Positions 48,301 to 59,814 of a DNA stretch of 64,000 bases are shown one piece after another (the stretch's first letter is position 1; the number at the start of each line of letters is the position of its first letter). Position numbers and translations under genes: made by a program. The notes beneath the pieces are model-generated. The model saw only the letters and a list, made by a program, of their open reading frames with translations. It did not search any database and was not told where the DNA came from. Source of the stretch: Somniosus microcephalus (Eukaryota). The stretch lies in NCBI GenBank assembly GCA_052327205.1, contig CM126207.1:180048001-180112000 (forward strand), read 5' to 3'.

Positions 48301-49385
48301 AAAGCAACACGGAATACTTGGTCGAACTGCGTAGGCTAGCGGAACACTGCCAGTTCGGAGGGAATCTGACAGAGGCACTGCGAGACAAGTTCGTATGTGG
48401 ATTGTCCAAAGAAGGGACGCAAAAGCGACTACTGGAAGAGAACGACCTCACACTAGACAGGGCTGTCCTTATAGCTGCATCGCACGAAGCCGCAGCGAAA
48501 GGAACGGCGGAAATGCAGCTAAAGGCGGCGGCACTCGGGGTGGACCAAATTACCTCAAGTACAACAAAATGCTATCGTTGTGGGAAGACAACACACGACC
48601 AGAATCAATGCTGGGTTAAGAACCAAGAATGTAGGAAATGTGGCAAACTGGGTCACATCGCTAAGGTATGCCGGTCAGGGAAGAAGACCAACAACCAAAG
48701 GAAGCCACCACAAGAAAAGTACAACAAGGTACACAAGGTGGCTGAGAAGAGTTCAGACGAACAGAATACAGACTCAGACCCAAACAGCCAGGAGCTGGGT
48801 AGTCTGAGAATTCACAATGTGAGTAAGGAAGCTGACCTACAAACTATCTGGGTCATACTAAAAATAGCTGGAGTCCAAGTAAGAATGGAGTTGGACACTG
48901 GATCAGCTCTATCAGTCATAAATCGAAGGGACTACCACCGGCTATTCTCTCACATACCCTTAAGAAATACCAAGTTCGTATTGCAGACATACACGGGGCA
49001 TAAGGTATACCCCATGGGGAAGATAAGAGTCAAGGTGAGAGATAGGGGTAAAGAACACCCAAGAATGAACTTGTACGTATTATCTGAGGGAGGACCACCA
49101 CTTCTAGGACGAGAGTGGATCAAGAAAATAGACATGGAATGGCACTATCTAAAAGCCATAATGAGTGAGGACTCGGTGCAAGCTATCAGCTCAGATTCTG
49201 AAACGGATGACGATAAGACCAACTCAAATATGGAAGACAAGGCTAAAATGAACTTGCCGACTATGGTGGAGAAAACGAAGACATGCATAAAGGCTTATGC
49301 CACCGAGAAGAATAAAGCTTCAGAGCAGAACTCCAGTTTGACAGAGAATTCTGAGCCTGTTCAAGTTAAGGACTTATCCACGACG

Positions 49386-49532
49386 GAAGAACACCGAACT
49401 CGGACTCAAACTTATTTCAAAGTACGACAACAATTAGAACAGTTGAGTTACCGTCTCGTACAAGAGATGAAAACAATGGAAAAGTTCTGGGACACCGAAT
49501 GGGAGAACCTGGAAAGACAGCAGAGGCAGCTA
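49386..49532 (+). other. STK10: Captured STK10/SLK fragment (diverged homolog of 24237-24385)
   Basis: EEHRTRTQ...QQLEQ...KFWDTEWENLERQQRQ. Confidence 0.78.
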
Positions 49533-49601
49533 GCTCAAGCAAAGAGCGACCATAGAGCCATCGTGACCAATTACCGATCACATCTCCCTTATGATGTTCA
49601 G
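49527..49601 (+). other. ANKRD24: Captured C-terminal motif of the ANKRD24/RAI14/UACA family
   Basis: QLAQAKSDHRAIVTNYRSHLPYDVQ versus recalled human ANKRD24 [25 protein letters not shown]. Confidence 0.62.
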
Positions 49602-49634
49602 GAGTTAGAATATTTGCATGATCTAGAGATACAG

Positions 49635-50105
49635 CATAAAGGCAAACCACGCTACACTGAGGATTTTGTTCTGCAATTGGAGACGGAGCTAGTGCAAGCA
49701 AGGTTAAGAGAAGCTGAATCGCAGTGTGCACTTAAAGATATGCAGAAAAAAATCTTGGACATGGAAAAGAGAAACGCTTCTTTACCTGATGTGAATAATG
49801 TGGCCATGTTGCAAGAGGAGCTTATAGGGGCGAAACTGAAAGAAGCTAAGCAAAGGATGTTGGAACTTGAAACACAGAACCAAATCAGCAGTAACCAGCT
49901 ATGTCGAGCAGAGAAGGAGTGCTATGGTCTACATGAGAAGGTGCAATATCTCTCAGCCCAGAATAAGGGACTACTCACTCAGTTAAATGAAAGTAATCGG
50001 AAAATGGCTGAGATAGACTGCAAGAATAAAGAAGATTTGATGGCAGTGAGACTTCGAGAGGCAGATAGCATAGCAGCCTTGGCTGAACACCAACAGGAAA
50101 TTGCG
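49635..50105 (+). other. EVI5: Captured EVI5 coiled-coil fragment with an in-frame internal deletion
   Basis: EDFVLQLETELVQARLREAESQCALKDMQ, EKVQYLSAQNKGLLTQL and MAVRLREADSIAA are near-identical to recalled human EVI5. Confidence 0.9.
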
Positions 50106-50729
50106 AAAGAAGCAAATGAAGAGGAATCTTCAGGAAGCCAGGATGTTATTCCAGTTCTTCTCTACGACTCCTTACAAGCAGAGTGTGAGAAGTTGAAAGA
50201 ACAGTATGAACAGGCCCAGGCTACAATTCTGGAGGGGGTTAACTCGGCAACCTCCGAAAAGCTAGTTTCAGTAGAAGCATATGAACAACTAAAGGTTGAA
50301 CATGAGCAAGAAGTCCAAAGGCTGCAGGAAATTCTTGATGAGCTCAAGGCCAAGACAGACTCATCGGTAGAAGTTCCATCCATAGATGAGAAATTAGAGG
50401 GGAAAGACATGGCAGAACATGAAAGACAAGATGTCCAAGAACTCATAAAAATATTGAAGGAAACCCAAGACAAATATGAGGCGGCAATGTCCAAGGTTCA
50501 ACAACTTGAAGAACAGATTCAACTGGGAATCCTTTCAGTGGAAGAAAAGGAAACTGTAAGAAACACAGAGACTGTAAGAATGGTCCCTGAACATGAGCTA
50601 GAGAGCATCAGGGCGCAACTTTTCCGAGCGCTGAAAGCCAAAGTACAAGAGGAACAGAAGGTGGAAGCATTGGAGGAAAAGGTGGATGAAATGGAGAAGA
50701 CTCTGATCCACAGTGTTCCCGTGGAAGAG
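50106..50729 (+). other. ANKRD24: Captured central coiled-coil of the ANKRD24/RAI14/UACA family
   Basis: DVIPVLLYDSLQAE versus recalled ANKRD24 EVIPLALYDSLRAE. ETQDKYEAAM...QIQLGILS resembles the RAI14-family motif ETQ.KYEEAM...QMKLGLVS. Confidence 0.68.
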
Positions 50730-51100
50730 TTAACGGTCAGCCAACTCCTTCATATGCTGAGGGAAGAGACTCTGCAATGGGAACAATCTGAACACGAGCT
50801 TCAATCTTCAACGGGAAGGAGTTCGGAGCTCTCAAAAGTTTGGGAAATAGCTGAGGTTGCAAAACAGACTTTACTGGGATGCCAAAAGTATGCTGAATCG
50901 CGTCTATGTGAACAACAGAATGTTGAAACAGCTGCTCCAGTAGAAGGATTGAATAGCCCGATCAATCAATCCCTGAGGGAAGGGGAAGTGTTGAAATCAC
51001 AAATGAGGTAATTAGTGAAGGATTTGCAGGAAACCCAGGAAGAGCGGGATGAAGATGAATGCATGAAGAAGTCTTTTCAAGAAAGATGTCTAGGGAAGGA
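50724..51100 (+). other. OPTN: Captured optineurin fragment
   Basis: [15 protein letters not shown]...MKKSFQERC, homologous to 24423-24830. Confidence 0.78.
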
Positions 51101-51200
51101 ACCACAGTCAGCTAACGTCCAGATGGGTAAGGAGGAAGTAGAAGGCCCTCTCGCTGGCCTAACTCAGGACGAACCCGAATATTACCATGACCTGTTGAGT

Positions 51201-51386
51201 GACACTGAATATTACGAGGATGTGGTCTGCCCAGTTTGTGATGAAAACTCCCAAAGTGCCGAAATCAGGATGAAGCACTTAAAGTCGAAGGAACATAGAG
51301 AGTTGGTGGCGCTACAGCTGGCAGCTGATAAGGGAGCCCCGAGAGTCTCCAAAAAGCAGAAAAGAAAAAGAAGAAGCAGAAGATGA
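51201..51386 (+). other. DNAJC21: Captured DNAJC21-like zinc finger and basic tail
   Basis: YEDVVCPVCD...HLKSKEHRELVAL...[11 protein letters not shown]. Confidence 0.7.
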
Positions 51387-53898
51387 TAACTATCGCAAAT
51401 ATTATCACTTCTACCAGATCATGCGTGGACCCTACGAAAGGAGTTAAATCAGTTGGGAAGTAGGAAAATATCAAGGCAACCCAGTTGTTGTAAAAGTCAG
51501 CACTGCTGGTTCAGCAGGACGAAAATTCAAGCTGTTACGTCAAGAAAAGGATATGGAGGAGTCACGCTAGCAATGTGAACCATCTACACCAAAGAGATGT
51601 TGTTCGGACCGAGTCAAGATCAGAGACTGAATCTGTGAACTGTTCCCGCAGAGACTGAACCTGTGAACTGTTTCCCACCGAGACTATGTCTGTAAATTGT
51701 TTTATATGAAGTTGAAGATATGTTATGTTTAATGGGGACTCTGTATGTAATAAGCTAAAAAGGGAGGATTGTAGTGTATGTACCCGTCTACCTTTAAGAG
51801 AACTATTGTATGTAACCGTTCATCTTTAAGAGAACTACTTTAGGTGTGGCACTACTTGTTTGGCTTCTGTATACTGTAATACCGACGGTGACCACACCGG
51901 TATATAAGTGTTGTGGCATGATTCCTTGGGCAGATTCGCCCTGACCTTCGAATAGTAAAGACCTGTTTGTTTGTTATTCCTGAAGTCTGTGTCGTTATTA
52001 ACTGTACAACCCACAGACTTTACAGTATCTCCTCTATCGAATCCTTTTAACATTAGCACCTCAATCAGATCGTCCCTCAATCTTCTAAAGTGATGAAATA
52101 ACGTGTGATCTCTCAAGTATGACAGATGAGCTGAGCACAAGATTCTTTATAAACGGGTACCTCTGGCCAGTCTGAAACGGACGTGAATTTCTGCAATTCA
52201 AGTGGTTAGTACAGCCTACAGTTACATGTAACCCAATGTCCAGTCTCTAAAAAAAATCCCAGATCGAAAAAAATTAGAGTGAGGTATGAATTATCAGTTT
52301 CTCTGTAGCATGGATATGGCACAGAAAATAGGGGAAATCTAAAGACTTCAGATTAGCTGTATAAGAACATAAGAAATAGGAGCAGGAGTAGGCCATTTGG
52401 CCCTTCGAGGCTGCTCCGCCATTCACTAAGATCATGGCTGATCTTCTACCTCATTTCCACTTTCCTGCACTATCCCCATATCCCTTGATTCCCTTAATAT
52501 AGGATCATAGAAAGTTACAGCACGGAAGGAGGCCATTTCGGCCCATCATGTCTGCGCCAGTCAACAAAGAGCTATCCAGCCTAATCCCACTTCCCAGCTT
52601 TTGGTCCGTAGCCCTGCAGGTTAGAGCATCCCAAGTACTTTTTAAATGTGGTTAGGGTTCCTGCCTCTACCACCCTGTCAAGCAGTGAGTTCCAGACCCC
52701 CGCAACCCTCTGGGTGAAGACATTTCCCCTCAAATCCCCTCTAAACCTTCCCCCAATTACTTTAAATCTGTGCCCCCTGGTTTTTGACCCCTCTGCTAAG
52801 GGAAATAGGTCCTTTCTATCCACTTTATCTATGCCCCTCATAATTTTATACACCTCAATAAGGTCTCCCCTCAGCCTCCTCTGTTCCAAGGAAAACAGAC
52901 CCAGCCTATCCAGTCTTCCTCATAGCTAAGATTCTCTACTCCCGGCAACATCCTTGTAAATCTCCTCTGTACCCTCTCTAGTGCAATCACATCCTTCCTG
53001 TAATGTGGTGACCAGAACTGCACGCAGTACTCTAGCTGAGGCCTAACTAGTGTTTTGTACATTTGAAGCATAACCCCCCCTGCTCTTGTATTCTATGCCA
53101 CGGCTAATAAAGGCAAGCATTCCGTATGCCTTTTTAACCACCTTATCTACTTGGCCTGGACATGCACTCCAAAACCCTTTGTTCCTCTACACTACTCAGT
53201 GTCCTACTATTTAATGTGCATTCCCTTTCCTTGTTAGCCCTCCCCAAATGCATTACCTCACACTTCTCCGGATTGAATTCTATTTGCCACTGTTCTGCCC
53301 ACCTGACCAATTTATTGACATCTTCCCGCAGTCTACAGCTTCCTTCTTCAGTATCAAACACACAGCCGATTTTAGTATCTGCAAACTTCTTAATCATACC
53401 CCTATATTCAAGTCAAGATCGTTGATATATACCACAAAAAGCAAGAGACCTAGAACTGAGCCCTGCAGAACCCCACTGGAAACAGCCTTTCAGTCACAAA
53501 AACACCTATCAACCATTACCCTCTGCTTCCTGTCTCCGAGCCAGTTTTGAATCCAACTTGACATTTTGCCCTGGATCCCATGGGCTTTTAACTTCGTAAC
53601 CAGTCTGCCATGTGGAACCTTATTAAAAGCCTTGATAAAGTCCATATACACTACATCAAATTCACTACCCTCATCTACCCTCCTTGTTACCTCCTCAAAA
53701 AATTCAATCAAGTTTGTCAGACACGACCTTCCCTTAACAAATCCGTGCTGACTATCCTTGATTAATCAGTGTTTTTCTAAATGAAGATTTATCCTGTCCT
53801 TCTTTCCAATAATTTTCCCACCACCGAGGTTAGGCTGACTGGCCTGTAATTACTCAGTTTATCCTTTTCTCCCTTTTTAAACAAGGGTACCACATTAG

Positions 53899-56122
53899 TG
53901 TTGTGTATGTACCTTTAAGAGAATAACTGGTCTCAGACTGCAGTACCGGCAGTGACCACCCCTGTATAAAAGGCGCTAGAGAGCCTCGGTTGTTTAGATT
54001 CGTTATGGACTTCCACCAGTAAACATCTCTTTGTTTTCACTCCTGCTAGTCCGTGTCTAAATCATTCACGGACTTAACACTGGTGACGAGTAAAGAAACG
54101 AACTTACCTGCAACTCAGCAGCAGCTCCGACGACGTTGTTGAAGGTCGGAGCCAGAAGAAAGAAAAAAAAAAGAGGCCATTGAAACTCGAGAAACGGGCA
54201 TTGACCGTCAATCATCGGGTTCAAGGCTCTGCAGGAGCGACTTTCCAGAGCCAGGCTGGGTTCCTCGGTCCGTGGTTTCCCAGCTAATCGGGCTGGTGGC
54301 AGGTAGTGCTCTGATCCTTCCTGGGTTGCGGCGGGCTGAGGCTCGATCGGGTGGCCTTTCAACGGGGCCGGGCAGCGAGTCGGGAAGCAAGGAGAGAGAG
54401 AGGGTGGAGCACACAGGGCGCGGCCGGTGTTTCGAAGCTGGGCAGCGTTCGGACCTCAGAAGAGGGCGGGAAGTGTCCCAGAGGGTCCGCTCCACAACGG
54501 GAAAATAATAAAAGAAAAAGAATACGCGCAAGAAACCGTGGAAAGCAGCGCTAACAACAGCGGGGAAGAAGACAAAGCGCGGGAGGCGCCATTTTGTTAA
54601 ATCGGAGAAGAAGGCAAAGCGCGGGAGGTGCCATTTTAGATTTGCAAGATGCCGAAGACTGGCTGTATCACTGCTTTTGATAATACATTAGAGGACTGGA
54701 CCACGTATGTGGAAAGAGAAGTAATTCCACCTAAGTTGATGGATAGAGTGCTCAATGAGCTCCATGAGGGTCATCTGGGTGGGGTAAAAATGAAGAGCTT
54801 AGCCAGAGCGTTTGTGTGTTGGCCGGGAATCGATAGAGAAATCGAAGAGATGACCAAGAGCTGTGCAGGATGCCAGAAGGTCCAAAACGCCCCACCACAA
54901 GCTCTTCTGCATCCATGGGAGTGGCCCTCATCTCCATGGCAAAGGGTGCACATTGATTTTGCTGGTCCCTTCATGGACTCGATGTTTTTAATTGCGGTGG
55001 ATGCACATTCAAAGTGGCCAGAGGTAATAAAAATGTCCTCAACCACCACGGAAAAAACTATCACAGTTTTACGAACCATATTCGCCAGGAATGGGCTGCC
55101 TGAACAGATTTGCTCTGACAATGGACCACAGTTTGTGTCTGAAGAGTTCCGGAGGTTCTTAAAGAACAATGGTGTTAAGCATTACACATCTGCCCCATAT
55201 CATCCAGCCACTAATGGATTGGCCGAGAGGTTTGTCCAAACATTCAAGAAGGCTATCAAGGCAATGTGTAATGAAGATATACCCCTACAACATAAGGTGG
55301 ACAACTTCTTGTTTGCCTACCGGAATGCGACACATGCGGTTACCAACCAAACTCCAGCCATGATGTTCTTCAATCGAAGACTACGATGCCGCTTGGATTT
55401 GGTTAAGCCAAACGTCCGAAGAGATGTGGAGAACAGGCAGTTTCAGAATATGAATGAAAGGCCGACCAGGAGTTTTAAGATAGGTCAACCAGTTTTGGCC
55501 CAGGACTACCGCACTGAGAAATGGCAGCCAGGAACGATTTGTACACGACAAGGACCTCTCATGTATACCGTGGACGTTGGGGCGAGCATTGTAAGATGCC
55601 ATGTTGACCAGATTCTAGAGTCACTGGAAAACGTCAACTCCACACCACGATCTGATACACCTGGTAATGAAATCGACGTTCCAATTGCAGCTACCGCAGA
55701 ACCGGTAATATTGGAAGCAGATGAACCAAACAACGACATTGATTCCGACTCAACATTGCCAGAAGAACCTGTTACCCCAAAGAGGCGTTATCCAGACAGA
55801 ATCAGGAAGCCTCCTCAAAGACTGAACTTATAATTGCTTAAACTTAACCACTGTATCTAGTAACAGTAATTGTGATTGTAATTCATTATCAGTTAGTTGT
55901 TAAATGAATGTTATGTACTGTTTATCTAAAAGGGGAGGAATTGTTGTGTATGTACCTTTAAGAGAATAACTGGTCTCAGACTGCAGTACCGGCAGTGACC
56001 ACCCCTGTATAAAAGGCGCTAGAGAGCCTCGGTTGTTTAGATTCGTTATGGACTTCCACCAGTAAACATCTCTTTGTTTTCACTCCTGCTAGTCCGTGTC
56101 TAAATCATTCACGGACTTAACA
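53899..56122 (+). mobile_element. Internally deleted Gypsy element F (integrase only)
   Basis: 181-bp LTRs at 53899-54079 and 55942-56122, identical by eye. TSD ATTAG, PBS TGGTGACGAG, PPT AAAAGGGGAGGAA. Confidence 0.96.
54649..55833 (+). CDS. Intact integrase fused in frame to the first 23 aa of Gag (394 aa)
   Basis: MPKTGCITAFDNTLEDWTTYVER joins EVIPPKL...HEGH...CAGC, HIDFAGP, SDNGPQF, NGLAER. No stops. Confidence 0.9.
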   Translation: MPKTGCITAFDNTLEDWTTYVEREVIPPKLMDRVLNELHEGHLGGVKMKSLARAFVCWPGIDREIEEMTKSCAGCQKVQNAPPQALLHPWEWPSSPWQRVHIDFAGPFMDSMFLIAVDAHSKWPEVIKMSSTTTEKTITVLRTIFARNGLPEQICSDNGPQFVSEEFRRFLKNNGVKHYTSAPYHPATNGLAERFVQTFKKAIKAMCNEDIPLQHKVDNFLFAYRNATHAVTNQTPAMMFFNRRLRCRLDLVKPNVRRDVENRQFQNMNERPTRSFKIGQPVLAQDYRTEKWQPGTICTRQGPLMYTVDVGASIVRCHVDQILESLENVNSTPRSDTPGNEIDVPIAATAEPVILEADEPNNDIDSDSTLPEEPVTPKRRYPDRIRKPPQRLNL

Positions 56123-59100
56123 ATTAGCAATCCTCCAGCACCACACATGAAGCCAGAGTGGATTGAAAAATGACGGTCAGGGCCTCTGCTATTTCCTCTT
56201 TTGCTTCGCTTAACAGCCTGGGATACATTTCATCCGGGCCTGGGGATTTATCCACTTTTAAAGCTACTAAACCCCTTAATACTTCCTCTCTCACCATGTT
56301 TATTTCATCTAATATTTCACACTCCTCCCCCCGATAGCAATATTTGCTTCACCCCTCTCCTTTGTGAAAACAGACGCAAAGTATTCATTAAGAACCCTAC
56401 CGACATCTCCCGCCTCCACACACAGATTACCCTCATGATCTCTAATAGGCCCTACCCTTTCTTTAGTTATCCTCTTACACTTAATATATTTATAAAACAT
56501 CTTTGGGTTTTCCTTGACTTTACTTGCCAAGAATTTTTCATACTCTCTCTTTGCTTTCCTAATCATTTTTAATTGCACCCATGCACTTTCTGTACTCCTC
56601 TAAAGATTCTGGAGTATTTAGCCCTCGGTATCTGTCATACGCCTCCCTTTTTTTCTTTATCCTACCCTGTATGTCTCTAGACATCCAGGGGGCTCTAGAT
56701 TTGTTAGTCCCACCTTTTTTCTTTAAGGGCACATGTTTTGTCTGAACCATCTGGATCTCGTCCTTGAATACCTCCCACTGCTCTGACACTGATTTACCTT
56801 CACGTAGCCGTTTCCAGTCCACTATGACTAAATCCCCTCTGAGCTTAGCAAAATTTGCTTTTCCCCAATTTAGAATTTTTATTCCTGGTCTATCCTTGTC
56901 CTTTTCCATACCTACCTTAAATCTAACAGAATTATGGTCACTAGCACCAAAATGCTCCCCCACTGATATGCCTTCTACCTGCCCAGCTTTATTCTCCAAA
57001 ACTAAGTCCAGAACCGCCCTCTTACTTGTTGGGCTTGCTACATACTGGCTAAAAAAGTTCTCCTGGATGCATTTTAGGAATTCCGCACCCTCTATATTCT
57101 TCACACTAATTTTATCCCAGTTAATATTGGGATAGTTGAAATCCCCTACTTTTACTGCCCTATAGTTTTTATACTTCACAGAAATTTGTCTACATATTTG
57201 TTCTTCTATCTCCCTCTCACTGTTTGGGGGTCTGTAGTACACTCCCAGCAATGTGATCGCCCCTTTTTTGTTTTTCAATTCGACCCATATGGCCTCGTTT
57301 GATGATCCCTCCAACATATCATTCCTCCTCACAGCTGTAATAGTTTCTTTAATCAATACCCCCCTCCCTTTTTACCTCCCTCTCTATCCGTCTGAAAATC
57401 CTGTAACCAGGAATGTTGAGCTGCCATACCTGCCCCTCTTTCAGCCATGTCTCTGTAATAGCTATAATATCATAGTCCCAATTATCTACCTGTGCCCTCA
57501 TATTCAAAAATCGATCGCTCTCTGTCTTGAATATACTCAACGACTGAGCTTCCACAGCCCTCTGGGGTAGAGAATTCCAAAGATTCCCCACCGTCTGAGT
57601 GAAGAAATGTCTCCTCTTCTCAGTCCTAAATGGCTGACCCCTTATTCTGAGACTGTGACCCCTGGTTCTAGACTCCCCAGCCAGGGGAAACATCCTCCCT
57701 GCATCTACCCTGTCAAGTCCTGTAAGAATTTTGTTTGTTTCAATGAGATCACCTCTCATTCTTCTAAACTATAGAGGACATAGGCCCAATCTACTCAATC
57801 TCTCCTCATAGGACAATTCCCCCATCCCAGGAACCAGTCTGCTGAACCTTCGTTGCACTCCCTCTACGGCAAGTATATCCTTCCTTAGGTAAAGAGACCA
57901 AAACTGTACACTATACTCCAGGTGTGGTCTCACCAGGGCCCTATATAATTGCAGAAAGACGTCTTTACTCTTATACTCAAATCCTCTTGTAATAAAGCCC
58001 AACATACCATTTGCTTTCCTAATTGCTTGCTATACCTGCATGTTAACTTTCAGTGATTCTTGTACAAGGACACGCAGGTCCCTCTGAACACCAATGGGCC
58101 AGAAATTCGTGACCAAATGCGTGAGTACGGTCTGGGTACTCACGCATCTGGCCGTTGGAAATGCCGGCGTTCAGCATGCACAGCGCATGCGGGGAACGCC
58201 GGCATTTCCATTCCTCGGAACGAAGGGGTTCATAGGCACAGCGCGTGCGACTGCACAGGCAGCGCTTGCGCAGTGAACTTCGTCGATTTCATTCATGGAT
58301 TCAGTGAGGGTAAGTCCTTACAAGTTACACTTGAAAAAAGCACGTGTAAAGTTGTTCCAAGGCTGCAGAGGAAGATATATTTTATCGTGGAGCTTCTGAA
58401 AGGCAATATTTTTGTTTGGGAAAGGGAGGGAAGTTATTTTAAGAAATTTTAAGTAAGTTTTAAAGTTTAAATTTTTTTTTTTTTTTTTTAAACGGGTTTT
58501 CAGAACGGTAGGTAGAAGGAGCAATTGTGGCTGTGTGAATTGAATGTGAAAATGAGTGTTCTAAAATGAGTAATGTAACATTTCCAGCACTTTTAAGAAA
58601 GAAACTTTTCATCAGTAATAAGTAATTATGTATGTATGTCCGCATATATTCCTTTATGTATATGTATGTATGTTTTATATTCCTTTACTTATGTGTATGA
58701 ATGTATGTTTTTAATTATGATTTTCTAATAAGTTACTTTCTCTGAAAGTCATAATTAAATAATACATTCATACACATAAGTAAAGAAATATATACATAAC
58801 ACGCAAAGGAATATATACAGACATACATACTTTCAGGAGCTCCACAATAGGAAATATCTTCCTCCGCAGCCTCTGGAGCAACTGTACCCATGCTTTTTTC
58901 ATGTGTAAGTTGTAAGGACTTGACCTCACTGAAAGCATGAATGAAAGCGGCGAATTTTACTGCGCACGCGTTCTGCCTCTGAACCCCTTCGTTCAGAGGA
59001 CAGGAAATGCCGGTTTTCCCCGCATGCGCTGTGCATGCTGAAAACCGGCATTTCCTCCGGCCAGACGCATAAGTACCCCGACCGTACTCGCGCATTTGGA

Positions 59101-59214
59101 AGGGAATTACTGGGCCAACATTTTACATGTCAATAAAATGAAAAATTTAACAATTGCACGATTTGCCCCCTCGCATCTGCGACTGAGGGTCCAAGGAGGT
59201 GCATTGCGCAAGAG

Positions 59215-59555
59215 GTCATCGTCGTACGTATCCTCACACTGTTCCCTTTCGGGAACTGTATGAAGTGGTGGAAGGATTTATGGCCGTGATTAACGCTCAT
59301 TCCGTGACCGTAACCATCTTTGAACCAGCCATTAGGGTGGTTAGTCCTATGGCGTGAGGGTTTTACGGGCTCCCACAACCCATCTGAGCGGGGGGGGGCC
59401 ACCCACACCCACGGACACAAGTATCCCGCTGGATGTCCACCCAGAATTTATAGTTGGAGCTCCGACTCCACTTGCCGGGACTGTCTGGAGTGGGGTTCAA
59501 AACCCTACTCCTTCTGGCCCAGCGGCGGGGATGCTTACTGCTACGCAAAAGGCCC
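59215..59555 (-). mobile_element. tRNA-derived SINE-like element, copy 1
   Basis: Inverted copy of 59815-60154. Confidence 0.65.
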
Positions 59556-59814
59556 ACTCCGCACAAAAGGTGACACCCATACGTTTCCTGCGCCTTTTCC
59601 CTCCCCGTGACTGGAGCCCTATGCTGCCACTTGAAAGACCAAGCTATCATCTGCCCTTTTTGCGGCGCCTTTGACTTCTCATTACCAATGATGAGCAGGC
59701 GCTGCGCCTCCACCTCCTTGAGGAGATTGCTGAGGTCATCATCAGTTCAATTGTGAGTTCTTTTAATGCCGTGAATTCTGCTCATTCCAGCCATTTCACG
59801 TTGCTAATCGGATT

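Larger units (their letters stand above)
48004..51386 (+). pseudogene. Gag-PR-cargo fusion ORF (about 1130 aa reconstructed), with a 4-nt deletion at about 48293 and a stop at 51009
   Basis: ORFs 47803-48339, 48318-51011 (897 aa) and 51015-51386. The TAA at 51009 aligns with TCA in element C. Confidence 0.88.
46771..52024 (+). mobile_element. Non-autonomous Gypsy LTR element E: gag-PR plus expanded host-derived cargo, no RT/RNaseH/IN
   Basis: 255-bp LTRs at 46771-47025 and 51770-52024 (1 difference seen), TSD GTATC, PBS TGGCGACGAG at 47027, PPT AAAAAGGGAGGA. Confidence 0.96.
46455..52100 (-). mobile_element. CR1 3' fragment interrupted by element E (46455-46770 and 52025-52100)
   Basis: CR1 3' UTR and ORF2 end continue across the TSD (LRDDLIEVL..KGFDRGDT). 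Confidence 0.75.
52360..57490 (-). mobile_element. CR1 LINE (EN+RT, degraded) interrupted by element F, preceded by a short separate CR1 3' tail (52360-52500)
   Basis: ORFs 52581-53711 (RT) and 56309-57356 (EN: YYRPPN, VGDFN, SDHN). Confidence 0.9.

Noticed and set aside
49635-51100. Genuine host EVI5, ANKRD24 or OPTN loci
   Set aside because: The pieces are partial, fused, intronless and enclosed between LTRs with a TSD.
54705-54730. Element F as a retrocopy of a spliced RNA
   Set aside because: No GT-AG pair in element A reproduces the junction. A 5-nt microhomology does, with one mismatch.
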